The notes: generated by a model not told the origin, from the sequence alone. Positions 41,161 through 50,348 are shown, numbered from the stretch's first letter. The stretch: DNA of 53,651 nucleotides from a virus (IMGVR_UViG_3300050343_000116:1-53651), one strand, 5' to 3'. Translations and numbers: made by a program.

Positions 41161-41180
41161 TCTTCCGATCCTTGGTCTGG

Positions 41181-41588
41181 TTATTTAGCCAAAAAAGTCT
41201 TTAGATTTTCCATAAACGACTCAAGCGATTGCTCGTCAGACTCGCCCATTAGGACGAGAGCGGCCATCTGCTTAGCGCTCAAATCGATATTGTATTTATT
41301 TTCAAAGTTTTTACATCTGTGAATGAGTTCAGATAGTCTAGATTCTGAGATGAAAGCGCCTCTTGATTTTCCGGTCGACCATTCGTAGAAGTCTAAACCG
41401 AATTCATCTGCGAATTTTATTCCCGTTTGGATATTTTTTGGAAGGCTACCCTTCAGCCAAGCATCCGCGGTTGCGTTGCTACAGCCGGTCTTTCTAGCAA
41501 TTTCAGAGGCTCGCCCCCAAGCTGCGACTCCGCGTTTTGTTAGTTGTTCGTTTAGGTATTCCGATCGCTTCTGATTGTCATAGTGCAT
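41181..41588 (-). CDS. Xre-type HTH repressor candidate
   Basis: RASEIARKTGCSNATADAWLKGSLP HTH; divergent from replication genes; no S24 peptidase domain visible. Confidence 0.72.
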   Translation of the reverse strand: MHYDNQKRSEYLNEQLTKRGVAAWGRASEIARKTGCSNATADAWLKGSLPKNIQTGIKFADEFGLDFYEWSTGKSRGAFISESRLSELIHRCKNFENKYNIDLSAKQMAALVLMGESDEQSLESFMENLKTFLAK

Positions 41589-41678
41589 TTAGCTCATCCG
41601 TGTGAAGTTTTTTTAGTCTACTCGAAAAACTCTGTTAAATGCGAATTATTCTCATAAACTCGGTTATGATAATTAAAT

Positions 41679-41707
41679 TTGCACTATCAAAAGAATTTTC
41701 TTATCTT
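41679..41707 (+). promoter_or_regulatory. Rightward sigma70 promoter
   Basis: TTGCAC-17 nt-TATCTT in AT-rich divergent spacer. Confidence 0.55.
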
Positions 41708-41746
41708 TACATGCGCTTTACGGCGAACCACCACACGGAGTAGTTA

Positions 41747-42415
41747 ATGATTTTCAAACCTGCGGCTCACAAATCTCGGCACTACACCAAGCTGCCAAAC
41801 GATTTGCTGCGTGACCCAGACCTAACCCCGGAAGCCATAGGCATCCTAGCTTACCTTCTTACGCACGTTGACAACTGGCGTGTCACTCAGCGTCAGCTTA
41901 GTAACCACTTCAATTGCAGCCCCGGCCGGATTAAGAATATCGCCGATACCCTAGAGGCCTGCGGATACATACGAAGAGTTAGGTATATCGATCAGGGCAA
42001 GCATGTATTTGATTGGGAGGTATATGACGAAAAGCAAGATGTCGAAAATCGACATGTCGAAAATCAAGATGTCGAAAATCAGCACCTAAGAATAAACATA
42101 GTTACAGAAGAAACATCTACTAAGAAGAAACATTGGAAAGAAGAACTATCTGACTCCTGCCCTGAAGGCATTCCTAAACTGACGTGGCGTGAGTGGTGGG
42201 AGTACAAGGCTGGCACTCGCAAGCCGGGTAAGTCGACGATCACTAGGCAGACCCATGACTTCGAGACAATGGCCAAACACGGATTCGATTTATCAGAGCT
42301 AATCCCCTTCGCTATCAGTCGAGGATGGCAACGTATTGGGAGTCCAGACTGGGACTCGCTCAATCGATTTAAAAATAAACAAAGAACAGATGATTATCTT
42401 GCTGAGGTTAAGTAA
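41747..42415 (+). CDS. Replication initiator (winged HTH)
   Basis: YTKLPNDLLRDPDL..EAIGILAYLL...LEACGYI; C-terminal ISRGWQ; internal iterons. Confidence 0.8.
   Translation: MIFKPAAHKSRHYTKLPNDLLRDPDLTPEAIGILAYLLTHVDNWRVTQRQLSNHFNCSPGRIKNIADTLEACGYIRRVRYIDQGKHVFDWEVYDEKQDVENRHVENQDVENQHLRINIVTEETSTKKKHWKEELSDSCPEGIPKLTWREWWEYKAGTRKPGKSTITRQTHDFETMAKHGFDLSELIPFAISRGWQRIGSPDWDSLNRFKNKQRTDDYLAEVK
42039..42080 (+). repeat. Putative origin iterons
   Basis: ATGTCGAAAATC three times at 15-bp period (42039, 42054, 42069), followed by A-rich tract. Confidence 0.75.
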
Positions 42416-44256
42416 TGGATATACGTGTGCTCAAATCAGAGCTTGGGAGGTATGCCCATCAAATATGCCAAGAGTTGTTTCCCGAAGGGATCATAGAGTC
42501 GGGGTGTTACAAGGTAGGCAGCATCGAGGGGGACAAGGGACGGAGTTTTTCGTGCTACCTGCATGGCGATAAGGCTGGGAAGTGGATTGACTTTGCAACT
42601 GGCGATGGTGGCGACATGCTTGATCTCATCCAACATGGTCGAGGCATGTCACTTACTGAGGCCATGGAGTGGTCAGCTAAGCGCTACGGTATACGGGATT
42701 ACAGCCCCGCCCCAAAAATTTCGCAGTCGGCAAAGAAAAAATACTCCACCCCTGCCCCACCATCTAGAACCAGTAACAGCCTGATACATGAGTACATGCA
42801 GAAGCGTGGGTTCAGGGAGATGGGTGAGGTGTGCTTCCGGTACAAGATCTATGAGACGGAGACCCGTGGTGGGCTTGATGTCGTGTTCCCGTTCCATGAC
42901 GTCTCGGGTGACCTTGTATTCCTGAAGACAAAGCCGATGAATCATGATGGCAATCCGTCTACTCAGAAAGACCTCCGGCCGATACTGTTTGGTTGGCAGG
43001 CTATGCCGGCAAGTGCTCGCAAGGTGTGGATCACTGAGGGCGAGTGGGACGCGATTGCATGTGGTGAGCTTGGATTTCCAGCGTTGAGCGTGCCAATGGG
43101 CGGGGGGAAAGGCGCCAAGCAAACCAATTGGATCGCCAACGAATACGAGAACCTTGCCCGGTTTGAAGAGATCATCATTGCCACTGACATGGATGAGCAA
43201 GGAGATCTAGCGGCCCAAGAGATCATGAAGCGTTTAGGCGACCGGTGCTACCGGGTGAAGCTCCCAACAAAAGACATCAACGAGCTACTTCAAAAGCAGG
43301 GTTACGAGCAGTCTCGGCTGGTTCTCGAGGCGGCGTATGAAGAGGCCCGATGGCAAGATCCTGACACACTGCGCTCTGTCATGGAGTTTGAAAAAGACAT
43401 CGATGATTACTTCGATAAGTCGATCAATGACACGCAGGGGTTTGGCTCGGGGTGGAACAAAATAGACGAGGAAGACATACGGTTTCGGCCGGGCGAGATG
43501 TGGGGTATTACCGGCATCAACGGTCATGGCAAGAGCATGTGGCTAGGTCAGCTATGCCTGAATGCTGTTGAACAAGGGCAGAAGGTATTAATCGCTTCAT
43601 TCGAGATGAACCCAAAACAGACTCTTGGTCGCATGATGAAGCAGGCGGGAGGCAGCTCCGAGCCACCGAAGGACTACCGCCAAAAGCTGATGGAATGGAT
43701 GGGTGCAAACCTTTGGCTGTACGTCGACAACATAACGCCTAAGCCTGAAGACCTGATGAAGTGTTTCGAGTATGCGTACCGCCGCTACGGTGTTTCGGTG
43801 TTCGTCATTGACTCACTGACAAACATGGTTAGGCAGGACGACTTCGAGGGTCAGCAGAAATTTGTCGAGAAGGTCGTGAACTTCAAGATGACTACCGGCG
43901 CCACTGTGTTTTTGGTCACGCACTCCCGGAAGGGTGAGGACGAGCACAAAGCCCCGAACAAGTACGACGTCAAAGGTAGCGGATCGATTACCGATCTTGC
44001 CGATGGGTTTATGTCGTTGTGGAAAAACAAGCGAAAGGTCGAGCACCTCGAGCAGTGCCGAGTGTTAGGTGAAGAGCCAGACGAAAAGTTTACCAAGCAG
44101 TGGGACGTCTACCTCGAGATTCTGAAGAACCGTAACGGTGGATACGAGGGCAAGGTCGGTTTCGAGTTTGACAACCGCACCTGTCAGTACCTCGAGCGTC
44201 GATCAGGCCGGCCAAAGTATTACATCAAGTACTCCAAGGAGAATTCAAATGGATAA
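42415..44256 (+). CDS. Toprim primase-SF4 helicase
   Basis: WIDFATGDGGD, ITEGEWDAIA, ATDMDEQG, KDINE, GINGHGKS, VIDSL, LVTHSRK, KGSGSI, KNR. Confidence 0.92.
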   Translation: MDIRVLKSELGRYAHQICQELFPEGIIESGCYKVGSIEGDKGRSFSCYLHGDKAGKWIDFATGDGGDMLDLIQHGRGMSLTEAMEWSAKRYGIRDYSPAPKISQSAKKKYSTPAPPSRTSNSLIHEYMQKRGFREMGEVCFRYKIYETETRGGLDVVFPFHDVSGDLVFLKTKPMNHDGNPSTQKDLRPILFGWQAMPASARKVWITEGEWDAIACGELGFPALSVPMGGGKGAKQTNWIANEYENLARFEEIIIATDMDEQGDLAAQEIMKRLGDRCYRVKLPTKDINELLQKQGYEQSRLVLEAAYEEARWQDPDTLRSVMEFEKDIDDYFDKSINDTQGFGSGWNKIDEEDIRFRPGEMWGITGINGHGKSMWLGQLCLNAVEQGQKVLIASFEMNPKQTLGRMMKQAGGSSEPPKDYRQKLMEWMGANLWLYVDNITPKPEDLMKCFEYAYRRYGVSVFVIDSLTNMVRQDDFEGQQKFVEKVVNFKMTTGATVFLVTHSRKGEDEHKAPNKYDVKGSGSITDLADGFMSLWKNKRKVEHLEQCRVLGEEPDEKFTKQWDVYLEILKNRNGGYEGKVGFEFDNRTCQYLERRSGRPKYYIKYSKENSNG

Positions 44257-44584
44257 CGAAAGGTTTGCAAAAGCCATCCGCGATGCAGGTGCAACTGTGC
44301 AAAAAGCAGAGAGGGATCTGGGCCATGCCGAAGCTACTGAGAAAAGGGTTGCGGCTCAGCTAATGATGATGGCAGAGCATGCTCACGGGCAAAAGACCGT
44401 AGCGGCTCAGGCCAAGTGGGCCGACGAGCAGGACGAAATGTTCAATGCCCGCGTCAATCGGGGCACCGCCAAGGGCGCCCTCGCCTCCGCAAAAGCTAAC
44501 CTTCTTGCAGCCGAAGTCTCGTTTAAAACGTGGCAAACAGAGATGGCCACCAACCGAGCAGAAATGCGGACGTTGATGGGATGA
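44249..44584 (+). CDS. Helical hypothetical protein
   Basis: AAGGAG RBS; ends WQTEMATNRAE. Confidence 0.65.
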   Translation: MDNERFAKAIRDAGATVQKAERDLGHAEATEKRVAAQLMMMAEHAHGQKTVAAQAKWADEQDEMFNARVNRGTAKGALASAKANLLAAEVSFKTWQTEMATNRAEMRTLMG

Positions 44585-44931
44585 AGTCTCACTCTGCCAC
44601 CAAGGAAGAGAAAGAATGGATGGATGCCATCGTTCAGCTGGGGTGCATTGTTTGTCGCTTGCATCTTGGCGTGAAGTCGCCGGCCGAGGTCCATCATATT
44701 TCAGGAAAGGTAAAACCGGGGGCGCACTTAAACACAATACCACTATGCCCCAACCACCACCGGGCCGGCTTAGCTACGCCAATGTGCGTGTCTCGCCACC
44801 CTTACAAAGCTCAGTTCATTGAGCGTTACGGATCAGAGGAATATCTACATGAGCAAACATCATCACTTATCGTTGAACGACGCGACACCGGAAGACTGGG
44901 ACCGAGTCTCGAAGCCGAAGCACTACTCTAG
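44581..44931 (+). CDS. Ref-like HNH nuclease
   Basis: LGCIVC...AEVHH...TIPLCPNHH. Confidence 0.78.
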   Translation: MKSHSATKEEKEWMDAIVQLGCIVCRLHLGVKSPAEVHHISGKVKPGAHLNTIPLCPNHHRAGLATPMCVSRHPYKAQFIERYGSEEYLHEQTSSLIVERRDTGRLGPSLEAEALL

Positions 44932-45130
44932 TCAGAACGACAAGTTCCCTGACCTCGAGTGCATCGACTCCACCAAAGCGAGCATGTCTCCCGAAGGCTT
45001 TAAAGGCTACTTGAAGGGTTGTGTCCTCAAGTACATGTGGCGTTACGAGGACAAGGACGATCCGAAGCAAGATCTAGAAAAAGCGCAGGAGTATCTGCAA
45101 CGGTTACTGGAAGAAGTTTCCAATGGTTAA
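44849..45130 (+). CDS. DUF3310 (SaV-like) protein
   Basis: VSKPKHY...ECID...GYLKGCVLKYMWRY..K...DLEKA..YL. Confidence 0.85.
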   Translation: MSKHHHLSLNDATPEDWDRVSKPKHYSSQNDKFPDLECIDSTKASMSPEGFKGYLKGCVLKYMWRYEDKDDPKQDLEKAQEYLQRLLEEVSNG

Positions 45131-45527
45131 TTCAAGGACCAAGGGCGCCCAGTTTGAGCGTGAGATCGTGAACCTCATGCGTGATTGGCTGGGTGATGAG
45201 GCCACTCATGGCCTGCGTCGAAACCTGACGCAGTATCAGGTTGCAGATGAGGGAGACCTGAAGCTGGGCCCGTTCCTGATCGAGTGCAAGCGCTACGCAA
45301 AAGGCGATATCCACCAAGGCTGGTGGTGGGATCAAATTTTGAAGGCCGCGGGAAAAGAATATATCCCCCTCCTGATATATCGATTCGATAGACGCCCAAC
45401 CAGAATGGTCTTCCCTTTACATATAGTCGGAGACTACCCCGAGAACCTCGATTACACCTGCACGGTAGGTGTGGAGGAAGGAATTATGATCATCAGAGAG
45501 AAGCTCTGTGAGAGTTCCAGAGTTTAG
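45123..45527 (+). CDS. PD-(D/E)XK Holliday junction resolvase-like protein
   Basis: NSRTKGAQFERE...GDL...IECKR...WWDQ. Confidence 0.75.
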   Translation: MVNSRTKGAQFEREIVNLMRDWLGDEATHGLRRNLTQYQVADEGDLKLGPFLIECKRYAKGDIHQGWWWDQILKAAGKEYIPLLIYRFDRRPTRMVFPLHIVGDYPENLDYTCTVGVEEGIMIIREKLCESSRV

Positions 45528-45783
45528 GCGCCACTTAGAGCTAGCCGCAGTAAGGCTAGAGTACCCACTGGTTGCGGAATACGTGCGCGAGAATGTCCCG
45601 GAGGATTTCCACGACATGATGTACGCTTCGCTGTACCTCGAACTACCCCAGCACTACGCCAAGCAGGACGTGGACCGAATCAAGGAGCTGTTAGCCATGC
45701 TCCCGGAGGAAGAGCCAGTCCGAGACTTCAATGAGATCGTGACCTATTGGACGCGTCGGATATGGGCCAAGAATCATGGCTAG
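45508..45783 (+). CDS. Hypothetical protein
   Basis: 91-aa ORF coupled to both neighbours. Confidence 0.6.
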   Translation: MRVPEFRRHLELAAVRLEYPLVAEYVRENVPEDFHDMMYASLYLELPQHYAKQDVDRIKELLAMLPEEEPVRDFNEIVTYWTRRIWAKNHG

Positions 45784-46196
45784 ACCTATTTACGAAACAG
45801 CGAAGGACAGAACCAACGAGGAAGATATCGCCAATCAGATCGCTGAGCGATACAACGCAAAAGCTGTCAAGGCAAAACGCCTGTATGGGCTTGACTGGTT
45901 CTTTGAGCGCGATGGGTACGTTGTGGGGATGGTTGAGATCAAGGCTCGTAGGTGTGCTAGCTCGGACTACAAGTACTTACATGATCAGCGCTGACAAGAT
46001 TGCGCGCATCAGGATGCTGTCCAACGTCTCAGGCATTCCCTCGTTTCTGTTTGTGTCGTGGACCGATTGTATTGGCTACATCAATCTAGCTGATCAGCCG
46101 GACTTCACGGCTGTTGGTGGTCGCAGGGACCGGGGGGATGATCAGGACGTGGAAGCTGTGTTGCACTATCAGATCGATAGGTTCATTCGGGTATAA
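45776..46196 (+). CDS. PD-(D/E)XK nuclease-like protein (apparent indel near 45975)
   Basis: LDWFF...VEIKAR then YMISADK...GGRRDRGD..DVE in the adjacent frame. Confidence 0.6.
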
Positions 46197-46218
46197 AAAA
46201 ACCCTACGGTTGTAGGGT
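46195..46218 (-). terminator. Terminator at the end of the minus-strand early block
   Basis: ACCCTAC-AACC-GTAGGGT followed by T-run. Confidence 0.6.
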
Positions 46219-46389
46219 CATCACAAGTAGTTTCATGGCTGGCTCTGGCATCTTCCGGTAGCCTCTGGTTCCGGGTGATCGGGTCCAGTTGTAAACGCCC
46301 TCAACCTTCATCCCCAGCAGTTCAGCTATTTCTTTTGCTGACAACCCGCGCCTACGCATTATGAGCTTCAGTGCTTCGTTGTTATCCAT
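46204..46389 (-). CDS. Small HTH DNA-binding protein
   Basis: GLSAKEIAELLGMKVEGVYNW...RKMP. Confidence 0.75.
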   Translation of the reverse strand: MDNNEALKLIMRRRGLSAKEIAELLGMKVEGVYNWTRSPGTRGYRKMPEPAMKLLVMTLQP

Positions 46390-46576
46390 ACTTCCCCCGC
46401 TTGAAAAACTCAGGGTAGACAATCTCTAGGGCCGGCTCATCGTTGAGCCTTAGCAATACAGTCGAGTAGTCAAACAGAATGCAGACGGGCTCTTGAAAGC
46501 GTTTTGCCATTTGCTCAGCCGCCTGCATCGCCAGTACGGCGTCTTCACTGTCATTGCTCGCGAAGTTAAATTTCAC
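46382..46576 (-). CDS. Hypothetical protein
   Basis: Coupled ORF with GAGG RBS. Confidence 0.6.
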   Translation of the reverse strand: MKFNFASNDSEDAVLAMQAAEQMAKRFQEPVCILFDYSTVLLRLNDEPALEIVYPEFFKRGKYG

Positions 46577-46794
46577 GGGTAGACGACCTCGCTCAAATAG
46601 TTCTCAAGCTTTTTCTCGTCGTCTTCGTTCAGCTCGATGATTGTCCCTTGCCACTCCAGCCAATCCCACTCAACCTCGCAGAAAGGCGTCGACTCAATGA
46701 CCCCCCATGCCTCAGTGTCCTCTTTCCAGCGGTGGACCTTGGCATTGATGACGTCAATGTCCGCCAGCTTAATTTCAATATGCGCTGTGACCAT
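46573..46794 (-). CDS. Hypothetical protein
   Basis: TAATG coupling, GGAG RBS. Confidence 0.6.
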   Translation of the reverse strand: MVTAHIEIKLADIDVINAKVHRWKEDTEAWGVIESTPFCEVEWDWLEWQGTIIELNEDDEKKLENYLSEVVYP

Positions 46795-47231
46795 TACTGA
46801 AGCTCCCACTTATAAGCGATGTAGTCATTGTGCGACTGCTCTTTAAAGCCACACTCCCGGTGCAGTCGTACCGTGTAGCTTCCGTTGCTGAATCTAGCGC
46901 CAGCAATGTACGCGGGCTCAGCAAAGTAGCCGCTGACCGACAACTTGGTCTCAGGAAAGACTGAGTCGCAGATCTTGTGCAGGGTTTCTTCCTCGTCACC
47001 ATGAAACCCGTGCTCGTCGATGACTAGGTTTATCTCCAGAACCTCGTACCACTGGTCCTTTGCACCTTCCATGTTTTCCATATAGAACAGCCACTTGTGC
47101 GGTCCCAATGCTGACTGCTTCATGGTTCCGGAAATATCAATCAACCGGGGGTGATGTGGGTTGGAGATAAAGTGTTTTTCTCCCTCCAAAATGTCGATAT
47201 CCGCTTTGTCGCCAATCTCAAATCTGCTCAT
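46794..47231 (-). CDS. Hypothetical protein
   Basis: 145-aa ORF, GGGAG RBS. Confidence 0.65.
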   Translation of the reverse strand: MSRFEIGDKADIDILEGEKHFISNPHHPRLIDISGTMKQSALGPHKWLFYMENMEGAKDQWYEVLEINLVIDEHGFHGDEEETLHKICDSVFPETKLSVSGYFAEPAYIAGARFSNGSYTVRLHRECGFKEQSHNDYIAYKWELQ

Positions 47232-47445
47232 GGTTTAACTCCCTAGCGAGTAGGCTTTTGAGTGCTGTCAGGTCTGCCTTGTCGATGATGACCTCGCCAA
47301 GCGTTCGCTCGAGCGCAGTCATTAATTTGCGTCGCTTCAGCAGCTCCACAGCCATTGATTTCTGATAGTCTGCGCGGAGCTTCACTCCACTTCCGGCTGG
47401 AGACACCATCGTCTCCAAAATGTGCGTTGGTAGTTCATAGTGCAT
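47218..47445 (-). CDS. Hypothetical protein
   Basis: MHYELP start, GAGG RBS. Confidence 0.6.
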   Translation of the reverse strand: MHYELPTHILETMVSPAGSGVKLRADYQKSMAVELLKRRKLMTALERTLGEVIIDKADLTALKSLLARELNHEQI

Positions 47446-47626
47446 TTGCTTTTTGCCTCTTCTCGTTAAGCTTTCGGACCAGCTTGGGCAAGTCCTCAAC
47501 TTGGAACTCGTCGAACGTAAACTCGACGCATAGGATGGTGACTACCTCGTGCATCAGGTAGCCACCGTTTAACAGGTCAGTAGCCCTGTCGATCACTGTG
47601 TATCGGTAAGCTGGGCTGATCACCAC
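47435..47626 (-). CDS. Hypothetical protein
   Basis: GGGAGG RBS, GTG start. Confidence 0.55.
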   Translation of the reverse strand: MVISPAYRYTVIDRATDLLNGGYLMHEVVTILCVEFTFDEFQVEDLPKLVRKLNEKRQKANAL

Positions 47627-48060
47627 TGCCTCCCGGTTACAACTTTCTCAAAATTAATCCGATCCCAGCCCGTGAACTCAGAGTCGTCCTCGTCAGTTTC
47701 GAAGTGGTCGCTTACACGGTCATAGATATTGTTGATGATCGACTCACCTTGATCACTCCAAAAGTAATCAGAAATGCACACCATCGGATCGTGCTCTGAT
47801 CCATTGGCGTAGATCAGCCAGAAGCCACCCAGACGTTGCCATGTGCCATCGCTCCACTGCTCGTGGACAATGAGGTAGTCCTCTTCCGTAGCCGCCATAG
47901 ACTCCAGCACAGAGGCCATGTCGGTTGATTTGTGGAGCGTGTCCTCTTCTCCGTCGTTGACGGTGATTGCTAGCCGCATCAATTCCTGCGGCGCTAAGAT
48001 TTCCAGAACCAACTGGGCCACGCAGGCCCGGTCGGAGAAAGGTAAGGTGTTGAGATTCAT
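47620..48060 (-). CDS. Acidic early phage protein
   Basis: ITVNDGEE...LGGFWLIYANG...ISDY; GGAGG RBS. Confidence 0.7.
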   Translation of the reverse strand: MNLNTLPFSDRACVAQLVLEILAPQELMRLAITVNDGEEDTLHKSTDMASVLESMAATEEDYLIVHEQWSDGTWQRLGGFWLIYANGSEHDPMVCISDYFWSDQGESIINNIYDRVSDHFETDEDDSEFTGWDRINFEKVVTGRQW

Positions 48061-48362
48061 GACTGCACCTCCATGCTTTGCGTGTCGTTGTTCCAAGCAA
48101 GCTTGTGCTTTGACGTTGACTCGATGGTTTTGAGTAGATGCTTCAGCGCTGTAAGCTTCTCGTAGGCGGCAACCTGCGCGGAATCAATCGAGCTTGTGCA
48201 GATTGACACCCATTCGCGTTCGGCGTTGTTTCCCCAGTCACTCGCCAAAAGAACATCGATTGTGTCATCGACCCCCTCGAGCCTATCGATCTCGCGACTG
48301 AGTTGCGTGGTTAGTAAGTGCATTTGTGCATGATTGAGCTTGATGGTTAATACGTTCTTCAT
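48057..48362 (-). CDS. Hypothetical protein
   Basis: GGAGG RBS, ATGA coupling. Confidence 0.65.
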   Translation of the reverse strand: MKNVLTIKLNHAQMHLLTTQLSREIDRLEGVDDTIDVLLASDWGNNAEREWVSICTSSIDSAQVAAYEKLTALKHLLKTIESTSKHKLAWNNDTQSMEVQS

Positions 48363-48379
48363 GACTGTGCCTCCATGTC

Positions 48380-48418
48380 AAAAAAAATCGGGGCGGGGAA
48401 AGAAAACCCACCACCCCA
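48380..48418 (-). terminator. Rho-independent terminator
   Basis: GGGGTGGTGGG...CCCCGCCCC stem then GA and 8 T on minus strand. Confidence 0.7.
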
Positions 48419-48425
48419 GTGCCTG

Positions 48426-48695
48426 TTATTCGTAAGGGGTAAGACCACGGGGTAGAGAGCGACCCTGCTTGAGTAGACGCAAGAACTCCTTAACGGTGCC
48501 GGGGAATCCTGAGCCCTGCTCGTTGAACTTGGAGATGTCTCCAAACCAGCAGTGGTCGGGGTCGAGGATACCTCGCTGGAATGCCATGCCCTGCACCTCA
48601 GCCCAGTCTGCATCGTTTTGGTAAACCGATCGGCAGATACGGTCACCGATTGGTTGCTTCTTGAAGCCCTGAAGCTTCACGACTTTGTTGTTCAT
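48426..48695 (-). CDS. Early protein, paralog A
   Basis: Close paralog of 49034-49294; AGGAGG RBS. Confidence 0.8.
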   Translation of the reverse strand: MNNKVVKLQGFKKQPIGDRICRSVYQNDADWAEVQGMAFQRGILDPDHCWFGDISKFNEQGSGFPGTVKEFLRLLKQGRSLPRGLTPYE

Positions 48696-48729
48696 ACAGT
48701 CCTCCTGTTGGACGGTAGAGTGGTGAATT

Positions 48730-48785
48730 CCACAGACGCCTCACGGCGTTTCGGTCGGTATTCCTCCGACAGCTCGTCAGTGCGG
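48730..48785 (-). ncRNA. Type I hammerhead ribozyme (HHR-A)
   Basis: CCGCA CUGACGA G(CU)GUCGG AGGAAUA CCGACC GAAA CGCC GUGA GGCG UC/UGUGG; GUC cleavage predicted between 48735 and 48734. Confidence 0.88.
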
Positions 48786-48863
48786 GGTTAGTACAGCGGC
48801 GCATAAAGCGCCATGATGAAAACGAAATTTAGCGATACAGGATGAACACTTTCTGAATGTCGC

Positions 48864-49037
48864 TCATGATTTTTTCTCCTTAACGACTTCCGCGAACTCA
48901 CGCAGTCGGTTGTCGGTTGCCAACTTCTTGATGGCTTGCTTGTACACATGCTGTGCGCCCATGCGGCTGAGACCGATCTCTTTGCCGATGTCCGCAAAGG
49001 TCATCTCGATGCCTTCGGGCAGATTGTTCTTGCTCAT
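48864..49037 (-). CDS. 57-aa sigma70 region 4-like HTH protein (not in ORF track)
   Basis: MTFADIGKEIGLSRMGAQHVYKQAIKKL; AAGGAGG RBS; ATGA coupling. Confidence 0.65.
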   Translation of the reverse strand: MSKNNLPEGIEMTFADIGKEIGLSRMGAQHVYKQAIKKLATDNRLREFAEVVKEKKS

Positions 49038-49294
49038 GACTGGCTCCTCCTTTTGCCACTGCGCAGGATGGACAGGAACTCGGAGACTGTTCCGGCGAAA
49101 CCAGAACCTTGCTCGTTGAATTTTGCGATCTCACCGAACCAGCAGTGATCGGGGTCTAGGATTCCACTCTCGAACGCCATCCCCTGCACGACTGCCCAGT
49201 CGCGGTCATTTTGATAAACGGACCGGCATATGCGGTCACCGATAGGTTGCTTTTTGAAACCCGTGAGTTTCACGACATTGTTTTTCGTGCTCAT
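49034..49294 (-). CDS. Early protein, paralog B
   Basis: Close paralog of 48426-48695. Confidence 0.8.
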   Translation of the reverse strand: MSTKNNVVKLTGFKKQPIGDRICRSVYQNDRDWAVVQGMAFESGILDPDHCWFGEIAKFNEQGSGFAGTVSEFLSILRSGKRRSQS

Positions 49295-49521
49295 GACTCA
49301 TTCCTCATTGTTGAAGCGTTAAGCTCGTCGACCTCGCGCTGGTGACTGTCCGGCATCTCGTCCTCGTCTGCCCCACACAGACCACAAGACAGCTGAGTGG
49401 CTTTGTGTTTGATGTATTTATCTGGACCTCCCTCACACTCGCAGTCCCAGAAATTTGGATTAAGCTTGGGGCTGTACCAATCCTCCTCGCTGATATGTTC
49501 TGGTCTTGTATTCGAGTTCAT
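49291..49521 (-). CDS. Small Zn-binding protein
   Basis: FWDCEC...CGLCG...PDS. Confidence 0.7.
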   Translation of the reverse strand: MNSNTRPEHISEEDWYSPKLNPNFWDCECEGGPDKYIKHKATQLSCGLCGADEDEMPDSHQREVDELNASTMRNES

Positions 49522-50348
49522 GCGGCTTTCTCCTCGTGGGTAAATGAGGCCTTTGATGGCCTCTTGAAAAATGCAAATTTAGGGTCGTCTTGAGACACCG
49601 TGAGCGTTGCGGTAAAGGTGACGTGTGATCCTTTGCCTGCCTCGTTGAGGCTGTCCGGCTTGGTGCCCCAGACCTTGAACCCCCGGTCATCGAGAACAAG
49701 CATTTTGACGACCACTGAGTGGTATGAGTAATACCCGTCCTCGGCTCGGGTTCGGAGTATCTCGCCAGAGATCTCTACGCGGCCCTCAGGGGCATCCTCC
49801 GCCGCCTCGTACTCTGCCTGCTCGATTGCAATTCGCTGAGCTTCAGCGGCACGTTTGGGCGCTTCAATGTAGTCCTCGATCATGGTCACTACATCCTTGC
49901 AGACCGTGTCCAGATACAGATGACAGACCTGCCCATCGCGGCCGTCAAACACACTGCCGTGCCCGACAGGTAGCTCCTGCTGAAGCCCGCCCACAATTTC
50001 CTGAGCCAGATCAGCTGGGACGTAGGTGATGCGGCTGGTGTTGGACCCGCCGGAGCTTGGCTTGGGCTCGCCCGTCGGCAAGTACTCGCCACCCATCGCG
50101 ACCTTGTGGTGCTCGACAACGCCGGCCCCCGTTGGGTCTTCCACATACCAGACCCAGTCGTAATGATCGCAAGGTGCGTGGAGGCGCCAATCAGCCCCAA
50201 GAGTGGGCTCGATGCCATCATTAAGATCAGCGGCATTAGAGATCAGCCGGGTCATCCGACCTTTGCGGCCGGACTCCGACTTTGCGAGGTACGCGCGGTA
50301 CCGGTTGAGCACGTCAGTAATGAGTGCCTGAGTGTCTGAATGGATCAT
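49518..50348 (-). CDS. Early protein with C-terminal OB-fold-like region
   Basis: GRVEISGEI...KMLVLDDRGFKVWGT...VTFTAT...DDPKFAFFKRP; GGAGG RBS. Confidence 0.7.
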   Translation of the reverse strand: MIHSDTQALITDVLNRYRAYLAKSESGRKGRMTRLISNAADLNDGIEPTLGADWRLHAPCDHYDWVWYVEDPTGAGVVEHHKVAMGGEYLPTGEPKPSSGGSNTSRITYVPADLAQEIVGGLQQELPVGHGSVFDGRDGQVCHLYLDTVCKDVVTMIEDYIEAPKRAAEAQRIAIEQAEYEAAEDAPEGRVEISGEILRTRAEDGYYSYHSVVVKMLVLDDRGFKVWGTKPDSLNEAGKGSHVTFTATLTVSQDDPKFAFFKRPSKASFTHEEKAA

